In this document: positions 52,292 to 64,000 of the stretch, in pieces
How the letters are laid out: every line of letters begins with the position of its first letter
Numbering within the stretch: the first letter of the stretch is position 1
DNA from: Callorhinchus milii
Taxonomy: Eukaryota
DNA: 64,000 nucleotides
Direction of reading: 5' to 3'
Assembly (NCBI RefSeq): GCF_018977255.1
Contig: NW_024704742.1
Span: 76,510,001 to 76,574,000, forward strand
The notes under the pieces: model-generated
The model's database searches: none
What the model saw: the letters and a program-made list of their open reading frames with translations, nothing else
What the model was told of the DNA's origin: nothing
Translations under genes and position numbers: made by a program

Positions 52292-54045
52292 TACTGTGGG
52301 ATCTTTAACATCCAAGTGAACAGGCAGACGGGACCTCAGTTTAAAAGTTAGAAAAGTCTCAGAAGGAGACTACATTGTCAGCCCAGGCTACTTGAGTTTA
52401 TAGTCTCATACCTTGTGACTCAGGAGGCGACAGTGCTACTAACTGAGCCATACTGACAACTAAAAATAGGTTTTAAAGTTATTCATTAAAAAAGGGTTAT
52501 TCTATTCCATGGTGCAATTTTATTACTGGAATTTAAAGTCTTTTTTTGTCAAGTTTCCAAAATCATGACTGTTTACTTAAAGATATGCATTAAAATAATG
52601 ACATTTCAGTTATGTCCATGGGGAGAAATTTTTGAACTTTATATACAAAGCTGAATAGTACTCAATTCATTGCACAAAATCCACCACATGGGCTGTGAAG
52701 GCACAGTAAAATTCTTAATGATGACAAATTAGTGTACACATTATATTTTGGCATTTATTTCTATTAAACATGAAACTTCAATAAAATTCAAGTTAAAATA
52801 TCTACAATACATTGAAAGAAATGTTAAAGCTTCAATTCTTTTTGTATTCCTGATACTGAAGTTCAGTATAATTTTATGATAAATTTTATTTGGCGAGTTT
52901 TCTGCATTTGTTAGGTGAAGAATGTCAGGAGTGAGAAATGGAGTACTTTTCCAATTTGCATACCCAGTGTCAATGTTAAATACCATCAGTGAATGTATGC
53001 CACGTATTAGTCTATCCCCCATCTTGACAGCATACCCCAATCCCAGCCATTACTGCACAACATATGAAACTTTCTACTTCGCATATCAGCCACCCTCATG
53101 GCTTCCATTATAAGGGGATCTAAAATGTGGGTTTGGCTAATAGCCCATGAGCTAATCGGATTCATATACAGCTACCCCTAATTGTGTATTTACTTGGTTA
53201 ACTATACAATCACTGCAAGGGCTTTCAATTGTTAAATTACATTGAGGGCACCTGTAAGGTTTTAAATCCTGTTAATCCATAGGCGAGTGGCTCAAACCTG
53301 CATTTGAACTATTGCTTATTTACAGTAGCAATTTGTGCTGAATTGTGCTCAGTTTAGTGCTGTGGAATTACACCCAGAAAGAACTGAAGACATTTTCTAT
53401 TTCCATTACCAACACCAGGCATCCTGTAGCCCTTGAAATTGCTAATTTTGTGCAGATTTAGGGTTTGTTTTGTGCTGTAGCTTTTAGGATGGTTTTGTGA
53501 TGTGGGTTCACATCCACTATGAGGCAGAATGAAACGTCCCAAATATTTCACACAGTTCTCACAAGGCAGCAGGCTGAGGGACTTTCTTCCAGCCTATAAG
53601 GTTCAGCTGGATTCAAATGCTGGTCCTTGAAGTTGCAGATCATTGTCACAGATTAACAACAACCTCACTTGGACTGATGAACACAAAAGATTAAAACACT
53701 GTACACAAAATTAATTGAATGATGCAAGTCACACAGTGCATTCTGAATTTCAACATGAACTTGATACAACGAGGACTGTTGTGGGTTCAATGCTTCTTCC
53801 TCTTCCCCAAGTGAAAATGCTCTTTAAACTTTACTTATAAATTAAGTCATTCACATTCATGAACGCATACTGGAAATATCAACAAAGTTGGATCCCATTT
53901 CAAGTCTGGACATTTAGAAAGGTGAATTCAGATCCAAGCAGTCAATGTGAAATACTGTTAGAAGCTATAGTGCACTTTGAGAAGGAGTTCTTGAAAAACT
54001 CTTGGCGCAATTTTCGAAAACATCCCAGCTGTAGGTTATTGTTGT

Positions 54046-54207
54046 TTATATACCGGTCTCCTGCAGTACCCAGTCTCTAAGAGCTGTAACATGAGAGTAA
54101 ACTCCAGGTGTATCAGGTTGAGCACATCCATCCCCAAAGCTTACAATTCCAGCAAGAAGCCATGTCCCACTGGATTCCTCACAGACCAGTGGACCTCCCG
54201 AGTCACC
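54046..54207 (-). CDS. Copy A protease exon SP4 (catalytic Ser195, stop codon)
   Basis: Acceptor atcacag|GGT. Encodes [53 protein letters not shown] (TAA). G216 and G226 with D189 indicate a trypsin-like pocket. Confidence 0.95.
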   Translation of the reverse strand, partial: GDSGGPLVCEESSGTWLLAGIVSFGDGCAQPDTPGVYSHVTALRDWVLQETGI

Positions 54208-54249
54208 CTGTGATTAATACAAAGCAATTACGTTACACAGTGATGGTGC

Positions 54250-54278
<29 letters not shown>
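54250..54278 (+). repeat. (TA)n microsatellite
   Basis: Seen directly, 40 nt from the SP4 acceptor of copy A. Confidence 0.95.
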
Positions 54279-54281
<3 letters not shown>

Positions 54282-54534
54282 GACGTGAAAGACGCTATAC
54301 AAATGTAATTTTGTTGTTGCTATAGCTTGTTCACTTAAGAATTAATTTAAATTTAAGAGTAACGTAGTGCATTCATCAATACAAGTTTACCAACAAATAC
54401 AGTAATGAATTCTATAAATACTAAGCTTTCAAAAACAAAATTACATCAGAATTTAGATAAACATTATCAACTCTTTAGCAAATGAATAAAAGAAAAAAAA
54501 TAAAGAGAGAGAAAACGAAGAGAGAGAAAAAAAA

Positions 54535-55215
54535 AGAACCATAAAATCTTTCAGCACAGAAGGAGGCCATTCGGCCCATCATGCCTGTGCCAGCTGAAAA
54601 GCTATCCAACTAGTCCCACTCCCCTGCTTTTACTCCATAGCCTTGTAAATTTTACCTTTGAGTACATATCCAATTCCCTTTTGAAAGCCGCTATCGAATC
54701 TGCTTCCACCACCCTTTCAGCAATGCATTTCAGTTTGCAAAACCTCTTTGGGTAAAACAAATTCTCATCTTTTCTCTAGTTCTTTTGCCAATAATCTTAA
54801 ATCTGTCCTCTGGTTACCAACCTACTCAACAGTGGAAACGGTTTCTCCTTATTTACGCTATAAAAAACCCTCATAATTTTTAACACCTTTGCTAAATCTT
54901 CCTGCTCTAAGAACAATCACAGCCTCACTTGTCTCTCCACATACCTGAAGACCCTCATCCCTGGTATAATTCTGGTAAATCTCCTCTGCACCCTCTCCAA
55001 GGCCCTGCCATCCTTCTTAAAGTGTGTTTCCCAGAATTTGATACAATACACCAGCTGAGGCCAAACCAGTGCTTTGTAAACGTTTAGCATAACTTCCTTG
55101 CTTTTGTACTCTATCCACTATTTATAAGGAAAAGGATCCCATATGCTTTTATTAACAGCTTTATCAACTTGTCCTGTCACCTTCAAAACTTTGTGTATGT
55201 GAACCCTCAGGTTAG
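54535..55215 (-). mobile_element. CR1 3' fragment in the last intron of copy A
   Basis: Reverse complement of a CR1 end (gatgggccgaatggcctccttctgtgctg...tttatggttct) and an LVWPQLVYC motif. Confidence 0.85.
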
Positions 55216-55539
55216 TCTGACAAACAGGCATTCACCACTAGCCTCTGCTTTCTGTTTACCTGCCAATTTCTCCCAAATTTTGTCCAAGCAAGAGAGAGAA
55301 AAAGAGAAAAACAAGAGAGAGAGAAAGATTCCAAAGATATTCCAAAGAGATATGGAGGCTTATTTGATGATACACGATCTAAACGTGGTAACTTACACAA
55401 GAACCTGATTTGGAGAATACCAAAAAAAGCATTTGTGGTCTATACAAACACAAATCAAAGTAAATGGAGCTCAAACAGATAAAACTAATATCCTAAACCA
55501 GACGTTCACAAAATCGTACAATAATTCTTAGGTACCTAC

Positions 55540-55676
55540 CTGGCAAGCATCAATTCCTCCTGCCAAGATTCCAGCGCACAGCATTTTGTTGGAAATTAAA
55601 TTTCCATAGGCACGTATGCATGCATCATTGCTGACAATATTTACATCAGCTTTCTGAAGAATTGTTGGAAAATCAC
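55540..55676 (-). CDS. Copy A protease exon SP3 (S1 Asp189)
   Basis: Acceptor ttttctcag|GT, donor CAG|gtaggt. 137 nt. Encodes GDFPTILQKADVNIVSNDACIRAYGNLISNKMLCAGILAGGIDACQ. Absent from the ORF track. Confidence 0.95.
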
Positions 55677-56502
55677 CTGAGAAAAGAACTTGATATTGAG
55701 ACCTTTCACCTTACATTAATGTGCACAGACAGACATTCCTCCTTTGTTTTGGATGAGTGACATTGACACCCCATGACCTGGCATTCAATTTCAGAACTCT
55801 GTAATTGCAATGGTGCCTTAGGGATGTGCCAAAGTCAGTATGTGTGTATGTGGGACAGGGAAAGGGGGTCATACCTATGGGCAGCCAATATAAAACTGGC
55901 TTGATTGCAATTTGACAACCTAACATTATACCAGCAATTTTCACCATTCTGTTCCTTGGTCAGGCCACATCTGGAGTTTTGTGTGCAGTTTTAGTCTCAT
56001 TGTAAAATAGATAAAGCGTGGACATTTAATGAAGGGCTATTAAATGATTTGAACTTAGGAAGAACTATGAGGAAAGGTTGGCCACCTAGACTTTTCTTCC
56101 TGCAAATGAGAGTTGAGAAAAGCCTCAAGGGAGGCACTTAAACTTATGAAAGTTTGAAATATTTGGAAGCAGATACATATTTCTGTGATGTCAAATTAAA
56201 AAAAAGGTTCAGAGCTTCAAATTTAAAAGAATACAGTAGAATAAGTGTTTACTTAGTAAAATGATGCTAAGCACATGGAACAAACTGCCAGCATGGGTGG
56301 AACAAGAAACTATAAATGGATTTCAAATAGGTACCAAAGGATTCAGGGCTATTAAAAAAGGACACAACAAAGAAATCTTTTGTGAAGTTGGATGGATTGT
56401 CTCGAAAGTTCGTCTATTACTGTTTGAAATGGTTACATTGGTACCATCAAAATAGCTTGGATAACTGGGTTGATTATTGACCTCAGAATAAGGCACACAA
56501 AC

Positions 56503-56768
56503 CTTGATATGAAAGGGTCCCCCATCCTGTAACTGTACAGGTCTGACCATCACGAAAGACGTGGGAACTCGATGGAAGACAAATTGGCCGTATGAAGTCA
56601 GTGAACGTAAGAGGAGAGGAAAGCTCCAGCACTGCAATGTCATTATTAAATAGACCTGGAATGCTGAAATTGGGATGAGTGATAATTCGTTCAATGGTTC
56701 TTGATGTACCTTCTCCTACAATAACTGACCCAAAAAAAGCTGTCCATAGCGATGGATTGGCATTGTTA
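56503..56768 (-). CDS. Copy A protease exon SP2 (catalytic Asp102)
   Basis: Acceptor tttag|T, donor G|gtttgt. 266 nt, phase 2-1. Encodes NNANPSLWTAFFGS...RIITHPNF...NNDIAVLELSSPLTFTDFIRPICLP...CTVTGWGTLSYQ. Confidence 0.95.
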
Positions 56769-57194
56769 CTAAACAAAGAAGGATGTAAAATGTTAATCAC
56801 ACAGACTTAGATACATGGAGTAGCATTAAAGAATATATTTTTATAAAAAGATCTTAAATACAACAGAAATATTGGGAAAAGAACACATCAGTGAATTGTG
56901 CATATTTTAAATTAAACAATGTTTCATTTTAATAATCTTTACATTGGATATAGCACTTAATCGTATAATTGAAACATCCCGAGGTGCTTCACAGGATTTA
57001 CCAGAGGTTAGCGACTTCTGAGCAGCAGCCAATTTAGACACAGCAACATCCCACAAATAACCATGAAGGAAAAGATGGAAACATGCAGTTCCATAAACAG
57101 ATGAGGTAAATTTCACATTAAAGCCATTTCTTTTTTTTTTAAATGTTTTTGAAAAGCTAATGCACTTTAAAAGTTGTAAAAAGAGGAATATTTA

Positions 57195-57419
<225 letters not shown>

Positions 57420-58008
57420 CTAATACAATACAAATTTTAATAGCACCATTCAAATTGGGCGACATCTCAAGGAACTGTGAGGGGCAATTTATTTGTTGTC
57501 TCCATATAAATGGAAGAATTCATCCAAGTAAGTTTTATATTAAAAAAAGTTAGTTGAAAAGGTACTCAAGGCAAACCCGGTTCCCCAGAAAGTACAGCAG
57601 GACTAATTTCACATGTGACACAATTCTGGAAAGCCTAGGTTTAAATGAGTTTGTCACTAAGTTTTCAATAGGATATTGCCAGATACCTGAGCAACTCTTT
57701 TACATCTGCATCTTACATCTCAGGCTCTATTTTTCAACAGTGAGCACACAAAAACGATCAACCCCACCATCTGACCGCCACTGAGAACACTTCCTGCATG
57801 CTACGAGCAGAAACATTGCTAAACCATGGTGCCTTAGAACAGAGTTGCTCTGTAGTTCTGAAGTTTATCAAATAGGTCAATAGTTATAGAAATATTTTTT
57901 CCACTCAATAAAACCAAAAAGAGAACGCCCCTTAATTAAACATCGTACTCACATATTATATTCTACCCAGTCCAAAAACAGTTCAGAACGAAAATGTTGA
58001 AAACTTAC

Positions 58009-58068
58009 ATAGATTACTTGCATTTGACATGAATTGTGAAGACTGTTGAGTTCTCAAATTATCTGGAA
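58009..58068 (-). CDS. Copy A TTSP (TMPRSS11/HAT-DESC-like): 60-nt linker exon preceding the protease domain
   Basis: Acceptor ttcttttaag|TT, donor T|gtaagt. Phase 1-1 and open (PDNLRTQQSSQFMSNASNL). Splices in frame to [15 protein letters not shown]. Same position and phase as the linker exon of copy D. Confidence 0.65.
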
Positions 58069-59600
58069 CTTAAAAGAAACAGCTTTGTCACTGGAGTAGA
58101 AACAGCGTAGAAACAAAAAGGACTTTGTTGTGAAGATTTATTATGATAGCCTTCACTGATAGCTGGTTGATACTCAGGTCTGCGGCAGTTCAGTTTAGTC
58201 ACTCAAAACCTGCACAAGTGACTAGATTCAATTGCTTACAACCTCTGCACACAGCACCAGAGATCTGCGGCACTGATATAGTACAAGGATTAGTCAGCGA
58301 AACAAATTTTTAGGCTAACCTATGCATTCAACTGTGCCTTCAAACTGGGGAGCACAGAGTAGGATAAACTCTTCCAAATGAGATGTTCACAAACACAGAT
58401 GACAAAGGTCAAAGTACAGAATATTGTACAAGATTTCACCTGGGTTCATGATGACCTGCGGAACTAATGGCTGCACACTCTCGCCCCATTTAAACCCTCA
58501 AGTTTCATAGTCCAAGTTGCAATATTTGCAGCATTGCTTGGTGCCATGCTTCAGATGATATTCTGTCTGCCTGCATTCTAGGTGAGAGTTAAAGATTCCA
58601 TGATACTATTTGAAAAGAGAAGGGAGCTTCTCCAGATGACCTAGTCGATAATCTTCCAGATTGAATAAATAATAATAAACAACATTTGGTGTAGTGCCTT
58701 TCCCAGGACCGTCGTCTCAAAGTGCTACAACGGATTTCCTATAAAGTGTAGTGACTGTGTTGTAGGCAATGGCAACAATCAGTTTGCACACAATGTCCCA
58801 CAAACAGTCATGAAGTGAATGATCAATTTCATTTGGGGAAACGTTGATCAGCAAACCAGGGGAAACCTCCGTTCTCTTTTCAAATAGTGCCATGGGATCT
58901 TTGTTGTTCACAGGACCTTGACTTAACATCTCATCCAGAGGACTCCGCCTCCAACAAAGCAGCACCCCCAGCACTGCACTGAATGTTATCTTCGACTACA
59001 AATTCAAAGTCCTGATTTGGGCTTTGAACCTACAACCTTCTAACTCAGAGGCAAGAGTATTTCCAACTGAGCTAGGATGATGTTTCACCTCATCTTGCTG
59101 GGTGCACACACAATGTGTTTATAATCAGTCTCCATATTTCATAGCTATTGCTGTAAAAGCACTTTAAGGCTTTTCAATGTAATGGGGCATTATTCAAAAG
59201 CATTTGTTTTCATCAAGTATCTACACTCTATAGTGGATCTAAGATAATGTGCATAGCAACAGAATATAGAGATTGAATCAACTCTGAACCATGCAGGTAC
59301 CCAATACTTCAAGGTAAGGTTGATAATCAGCAAGCCTGAAACATTGTCAGGACTTGGAGAAGCAACCCATTTACTGGGAGAAGTGATTCTTCCTATTCAG
59401 CTCCCCTTAAACCCTCAAGCTAAAGCTTCAATAGGTAGGGTGGTCCTGACTGGGCATTTTAATGTTTTGCTGGTGGGCAGCAGAAAGCTCACCAGACAGT
59501 GCTCTCAATAGTAAGCTATGAAGTTTTAACTGGTTAAACTCCAGTATTACCCCAATACACACCTTGCCTCTTACCAACCTGCAATTAATACTCTTCACAA

Positions 59601-59907
59601 TTAATAATAATCCTTGCATTTGGTATAGAGCTTTTCACGTCTTCTAGATGTCTCAAAGCGTTTCACAGTATATACTATAAAGTGAATCGACTGTATATTT
59701 GTGGCCGAAACGTGGCAGCCAATTGCGCACAGCAGTGTACCACAAACAGTCGTGGATTGAAGTGACCAATATATTATTTTTTTTCTTGAGTGATTATTAT
59801 CAGGCGTGTGGAATAAGAAAACTTCCCCAAGGTTTGGCCCTACCGGGAATTGAACCCAGGTCTCTCGCTTGCGAGGCGAGTGCTTTAACCATTGAGCTAT
59901 AGAACTC
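59601..59907 (-). mobile_element. tRNA-derived SINE
   Basis: Reverse complement of the same family. Confidence 0.85.
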
Positions 59908-60984
59908 AACGGTGAATTAAGTGAAGAGAGTGCATGCCTCTGGGTAGAGAGCTCACATTCCTTTCCTGATGCAGGGAAATTTCAATGCATGTGTAAACGC
60001 TCAATTTAGCATCAGCTTTTGCTGCATCAGTCATTTGATCTACCAAAAGGAAATGGGGCACCATCACAAACTACATGAGTTAATAAAATCATAGTCCATT
60101 TTAATACATTGTGCAATTATGTCATTCTTTAAATTTACAATAACTTCACCAAAATAAAGTTTTTTTAATAAAACAAAAAAATACTGTTCGTGCTGTTTCC
60201 TACAAAAGCTGTTTTTTCAACTAGTTTGCAACCATGAATATTTCTATACAAACAGGTCATTAAAGAGTTCATTTTAACTTGTTTCTTCACACAGAGTGTT
60301 TGGAAAATTACGCTACTCCCAAACATCATACAGGCAGAATTAATTGGGATCCTTGAAAAGGCAGAGACAGACGGTATTGCTGAGTCTGCATAAATCCTTA
60401 GTCAGACTGCAGCTGAAGTATTATGTCTAGTTTTAAGCCCCCCCATGTCAAGGTCCTAGAGAGGACACAGAGGTTAATTGTGAGATGTGATACCATGGGA
60501 TGAGAAGTTTTTACTTATTAGGAAAGACTGGAGGAACTGGAATGTAAACAGGAATAAATTATTTCCACCAGCTGATAAGTCAGTAACCAGAGGGTAAGAG
60601 CAAATGTAAGAACATTCAGCTGGGGAGGCTGGGAATAACTAACTAACCAGATGTGAATGGAACCAGCATGGATAAATTAGATAGAAAGACTGGCGGATAA
60701 GATCGTAGATGAGCAGAGAGAAACAACAAGTTAATAATAACAAAAAAATTGGTCATTGCAATCTACGACTGTTTGTGGGACACTGCTGTGTGCAATTGGC
60801 TGCTGCATTTCACCCACAAATACAGTCAATTCACTTTACAGTCTACTCTGTGAAGCGCTTTGAGATGTCTAGAAGACGTGAAAAGCGCTATATCAAATGC
60901 AAGGATTATTATATTATAAGTTACATTTATATAGCGCCTTTCACATCAGGAGGACGTGCCATGGAACTAAATCTTTCAAAGATA

Positions 60985-63070
60985 AACAGGGCACAAAATA
61001 GGCATATAGCTATAATTAATAAATGAGCTAGTGCCAAAACAAGGGTTCCTTGGTTGAGTAAACAAATGAAAATGAAAATAAGCTATAATGCAGGATAATA
61101 GGAATAACTACTTAGAAAAGACGTGGGTTGATATACGACAAACCAATATGGATTTGTTAAAGGCAGACTTGGTTGCCCAATCTAATAGAGTTTAACAAAA
61201 TAACTGAGAAAATAGATGAAGATAATGCTGTGAATGGTATATATGGATTTTTAGAAAGCTTTCAATAACCTGTAGGAAACATGTGAAAAAATTAGGGTAC
61301 ATGGTAATAATGGAAAGATAGCAGCATTGATAAAAAGTTGGTTAAAGCCCAGGGTGCATGGAAGTGCAAGGTTGTTATTTGAAATGGAGTAATGTAACTA
61401 GTTGTGTCCCTCGGGGGTCAATGATCAGACCACCTGCTTTTCTCCATATTTATATAAATTATGTGGATTCTGGTATAAAGAGGCACCATTTCCAGTTTTG
61501 CAGATGACACAAAAATGGAGAGTGCAGCTAACATTGAAGAAGATTTTAAGCCACCTCAGGGGGAAAGAAATTAGTTGATTGTGCAGAGAAATAGCAAACA
61601 AAGCTTAATGCAGAAAAATGTGCGGTTATACATTTTAGGAGGTAGAAAAAGGAGAATAAGCATGTGTTGGGTAGGAAAATATTAAAAGGAGTGGAAGAGT
61701 AGAGGGACTTGGGGTTAATGTACATATATCCTTAAAAGGTGGGAAGGCAGATGGATAAGCTGTCAAAAAAGCTAATGGAATCTTATGTTTTATAAATAAA
61801 CTATAGAATAAAAGAACAAAGGGATAATGTTAAACTTGTATAAATAGTTAGACCGTAGTTAGAATATTGTGTATAGGATTAGTCAACAACAACAACAAGA
61901 TTCCATTTATAAAGCGCCTTTCACGTCAGGAGGACGTCCCAAGGCGCTGCACAGTTGGGTCATGTCCTGAGCAGGGGGGAAATGGTCAGGGTGAGGGGAG
62001 GGAAGGGAGGGAGCAAGGAGGGGGGAAATGGTGAGGGGAGGGAAGGGAGGGAGCGAGGAGGGGGAAGAGAGTCGAGAGGGGACCCACTTTATCAAGGCAA
62101 TAAGCCTCGAGTGGTTTGGCCTATGAGTAGAGACTGTGTTTTTCCACTGGAACAAATAAGGTGGAGGGGCAACTTGAACAAGCAATTTAAAATTGAGTGG
62201 ATTTGATACTTTCAATAGGGAAAAATTATTTCCACTCATCAATGAGTCGGTGCATCAATTTAAGATACTGGTAAACGAGCAAATGGGCAGTTAAGAGAAT
62301 GATTTTCATGCAGAGTAGTTAGGATTTGTAGGTAGGTAGCTAAATATTGCTGCGTGCGTGCGAGGGAGAAGAATCGACATGACTGACTGCATGTGTCTAA
62401 GTCAACTTAACCAGGTCTGTCTGCAAAGCTCTGAGCTACTTGGCGAGCAGCAAGCTGTGTAGCTGTTTTGCCACGGGCTTTTGGGGAGTCATGATCTAAG
62501 GCAGCTTGCTGCTTTGATGTCTTTACTTAGCTTATTTTCCTCCCCAACCCCTTCCCTCTGTGTCCCACTTTACACATTCTCCTTACACATAGTAAGTTTC
62601 CTTACTCCACGCACCTCTGTGTACCTAGCAGTAAGTAGGAACCTGCTTGTTAGTCGATTGGTGGATTGCTTTCCGGGGTAATAATCACTTTAAGATAATC
62701 CAAGACTGTTTGTGGGACACTGCTGTGCACAATTGGCTGCCGCATCTCACCCACAAAACACACAATAAGTCCACTTTGTAGTGTATCCTGTGAAGCGCTT
62801 TGAGACATCTCTACGACAAATGCTATATCAAATGCGAGGATTATTATTATATATATTATTATATGGAATGCCTTCCAGGACAGGTGGTTGAGGCAGAATC
62901 CATATTGGCCTTTAAGAGGGAATTAGATAAATACCTTAAAAAGAGTCAGCTACTCAGATATGGTGGAAAGGCAGGTAAATGAGACTGAAAGGATTGCTCG
63001 AGGGAGCTGGCACAGACATGATAGGCCGAATGGCCTACATTCCACGCTGTAAAATATCTATGGTTGTATG
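60985..63070 (+). mobile_element. Old CR1 RT-to-3'-end remnant interrupted by L2 (61885-62085) and SINE (62590-62860) insertions
   Basis: QYGFVKG, YMDF*KAF, VPRGS and FADDTK motifs. 3' end ggccgaatggcct at about 63023. Confidence 0.8.
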
Positions 63071-63435
63071 GTGGGGGAAATGGGAAGTGCCAGAGCTTGG
63101 TCACAGCCAAACTGGAAAGTCAGACTCCTCAGGTATTTCCAAACTACATAGGCACATAGATTGTACTTAATCTGACTAACTCTAAATCTGATCTGAATTT
63201 AAATACATTTCTTTTGATGTACATTATCAATAGGAAAATATTTTCAGCCAATGCACAACACAGCAGCACTCACTGGAGGATAGAGAGGATATGTTCAGAG
63301 TATGTAAGAAAGGGCATGAGGGATGCACAAAGTTAACTTGCTTCTCGTCTCGTTAATGGTAAAAGATACTAATAGTAAAGCATTGGATTATGCCCTTCTT
63401 TCTCCAATGTTCTCAGTCTGGTCAGTTGGTAACTA

Positions 63436-64000
63436 ACAACAACAACAAAATTGCATTTGTATAGCGCCTTTCACGTTGGGAGGACGTCCCAAGGCGCTGG
63501 ACAAGCAGAGTTTTGGATCCGAGTTGGGGATTGGGAGGGTGTAGGGCGGGTTGGGGGGGGAGAAGCAGGGAGATTGAAAGCATGGTCGAAGAGGAGGGTC
63601 TTGAGATAAGTCTTGAAGGAGGCAAGGGAGGGGTTAGGAGGAGGGAATGCGGGATGGAGTTCCAGACGATGGGGGCAGAGTGGCAGAAGGCCCTTCCGCC
63701 AAAAGTGGGGCAAGGAAGACGGGGGATGTGAAGCAGGCCGGAGCCTGCTGAGCGGAGGGAGTGAACAGGATGGTATGGGGTTAGGAGCTCTCTGTGTTTT
63801 CTCACTTTCCTAAGCAAGACTGTGGAGGGCTTTGAGGGTGAAGTCCAGGATCTTGAACTGTATCCTCTGTGTGATGGGAAGGCAGTGGAGTCGGGCGAGG
63901 ATGTGGATGATAGGATCATGGAGCCTAGTGCAGGAGAGGACATGGGCTGCAGAGTTCTGGATGATCTGCAGCCTGTGGAGGGAGGAGTTGGGAAGGCCGA
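63436..64000 (-). mobile_element. L2 LINE 3' fragment running off the window
   Basis: Tail gggacgtcctcccaacgtgaaaggcgctatac...(ttg)n and FGGRAFCHSAPIVWNSIP. Confidence 0.9.

Noticed and set aside
54046..54056. ACCG|gtatat as a splice donor linking protease domains into a polyserase (TMPRSS9-like) polyprotein
   Set aside because: Weak donor. All three SP4 exons end in a stop at the same position, and copy D has its own ATG and TM exon, so these are separate genes.
58070..63430. Candidate upstream SEA or TM exons of copy A (donor-like sites near 58238, 60310 and 63273)
   Set aside because: No SEA-like or hydrophobic translation with consistent phase. The 5' exons are probably outside the window.

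Overview
Vertebrate genomic DNA, repeat-rich with GT-AG introns. The DeuSINE-type SINEs, CR1, L2 and Penelope content suggest a cartilaginous fish; this is an inference. The minus strand carries a tandem cluster of type II transmembrane serine protease genes of HAT/DESC (TMPRSS11-like) architecture: signal anchor, SEA domain, S/T linker, then a trypsin-fold domain split over four exons SP1-SP4. I reconstructed the exons by hand. Copy A (58068-54046) has an intact trypsin-like protease domain; its 5' exons were not found and probably lie beyond the window. Copy B (38661-32677) is a pseudogene with three frameshifts, an exonic L2-tail insertion, a lost donor and no recognisable SP3. Copy C (25243-23472) retains only SP2-SP4, is frameshifted, and has a neutrophil-elastase-like Gly189/Ala216/Asp226 pocket. 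Copy D (14821-6136) has TM, SEA, linker, SP1 and half of SP2, with a stop in SEA. C and D are complementary halves in permuted order and share about 1 kb of near-identical sequence. The rest is retroelement debris: a near full-length degenerate CR1, a Penelope-like element with hammerhead-like motifs, many L2 fragments, two generations of tRNA-SINEs sharing the L2 3' tail, and an unclassified repeat family. Most ORFs in the supplied track are TE remnants or spurious. Exon boundaries were read at base level; TE boundaries are approximate (tens of bp).
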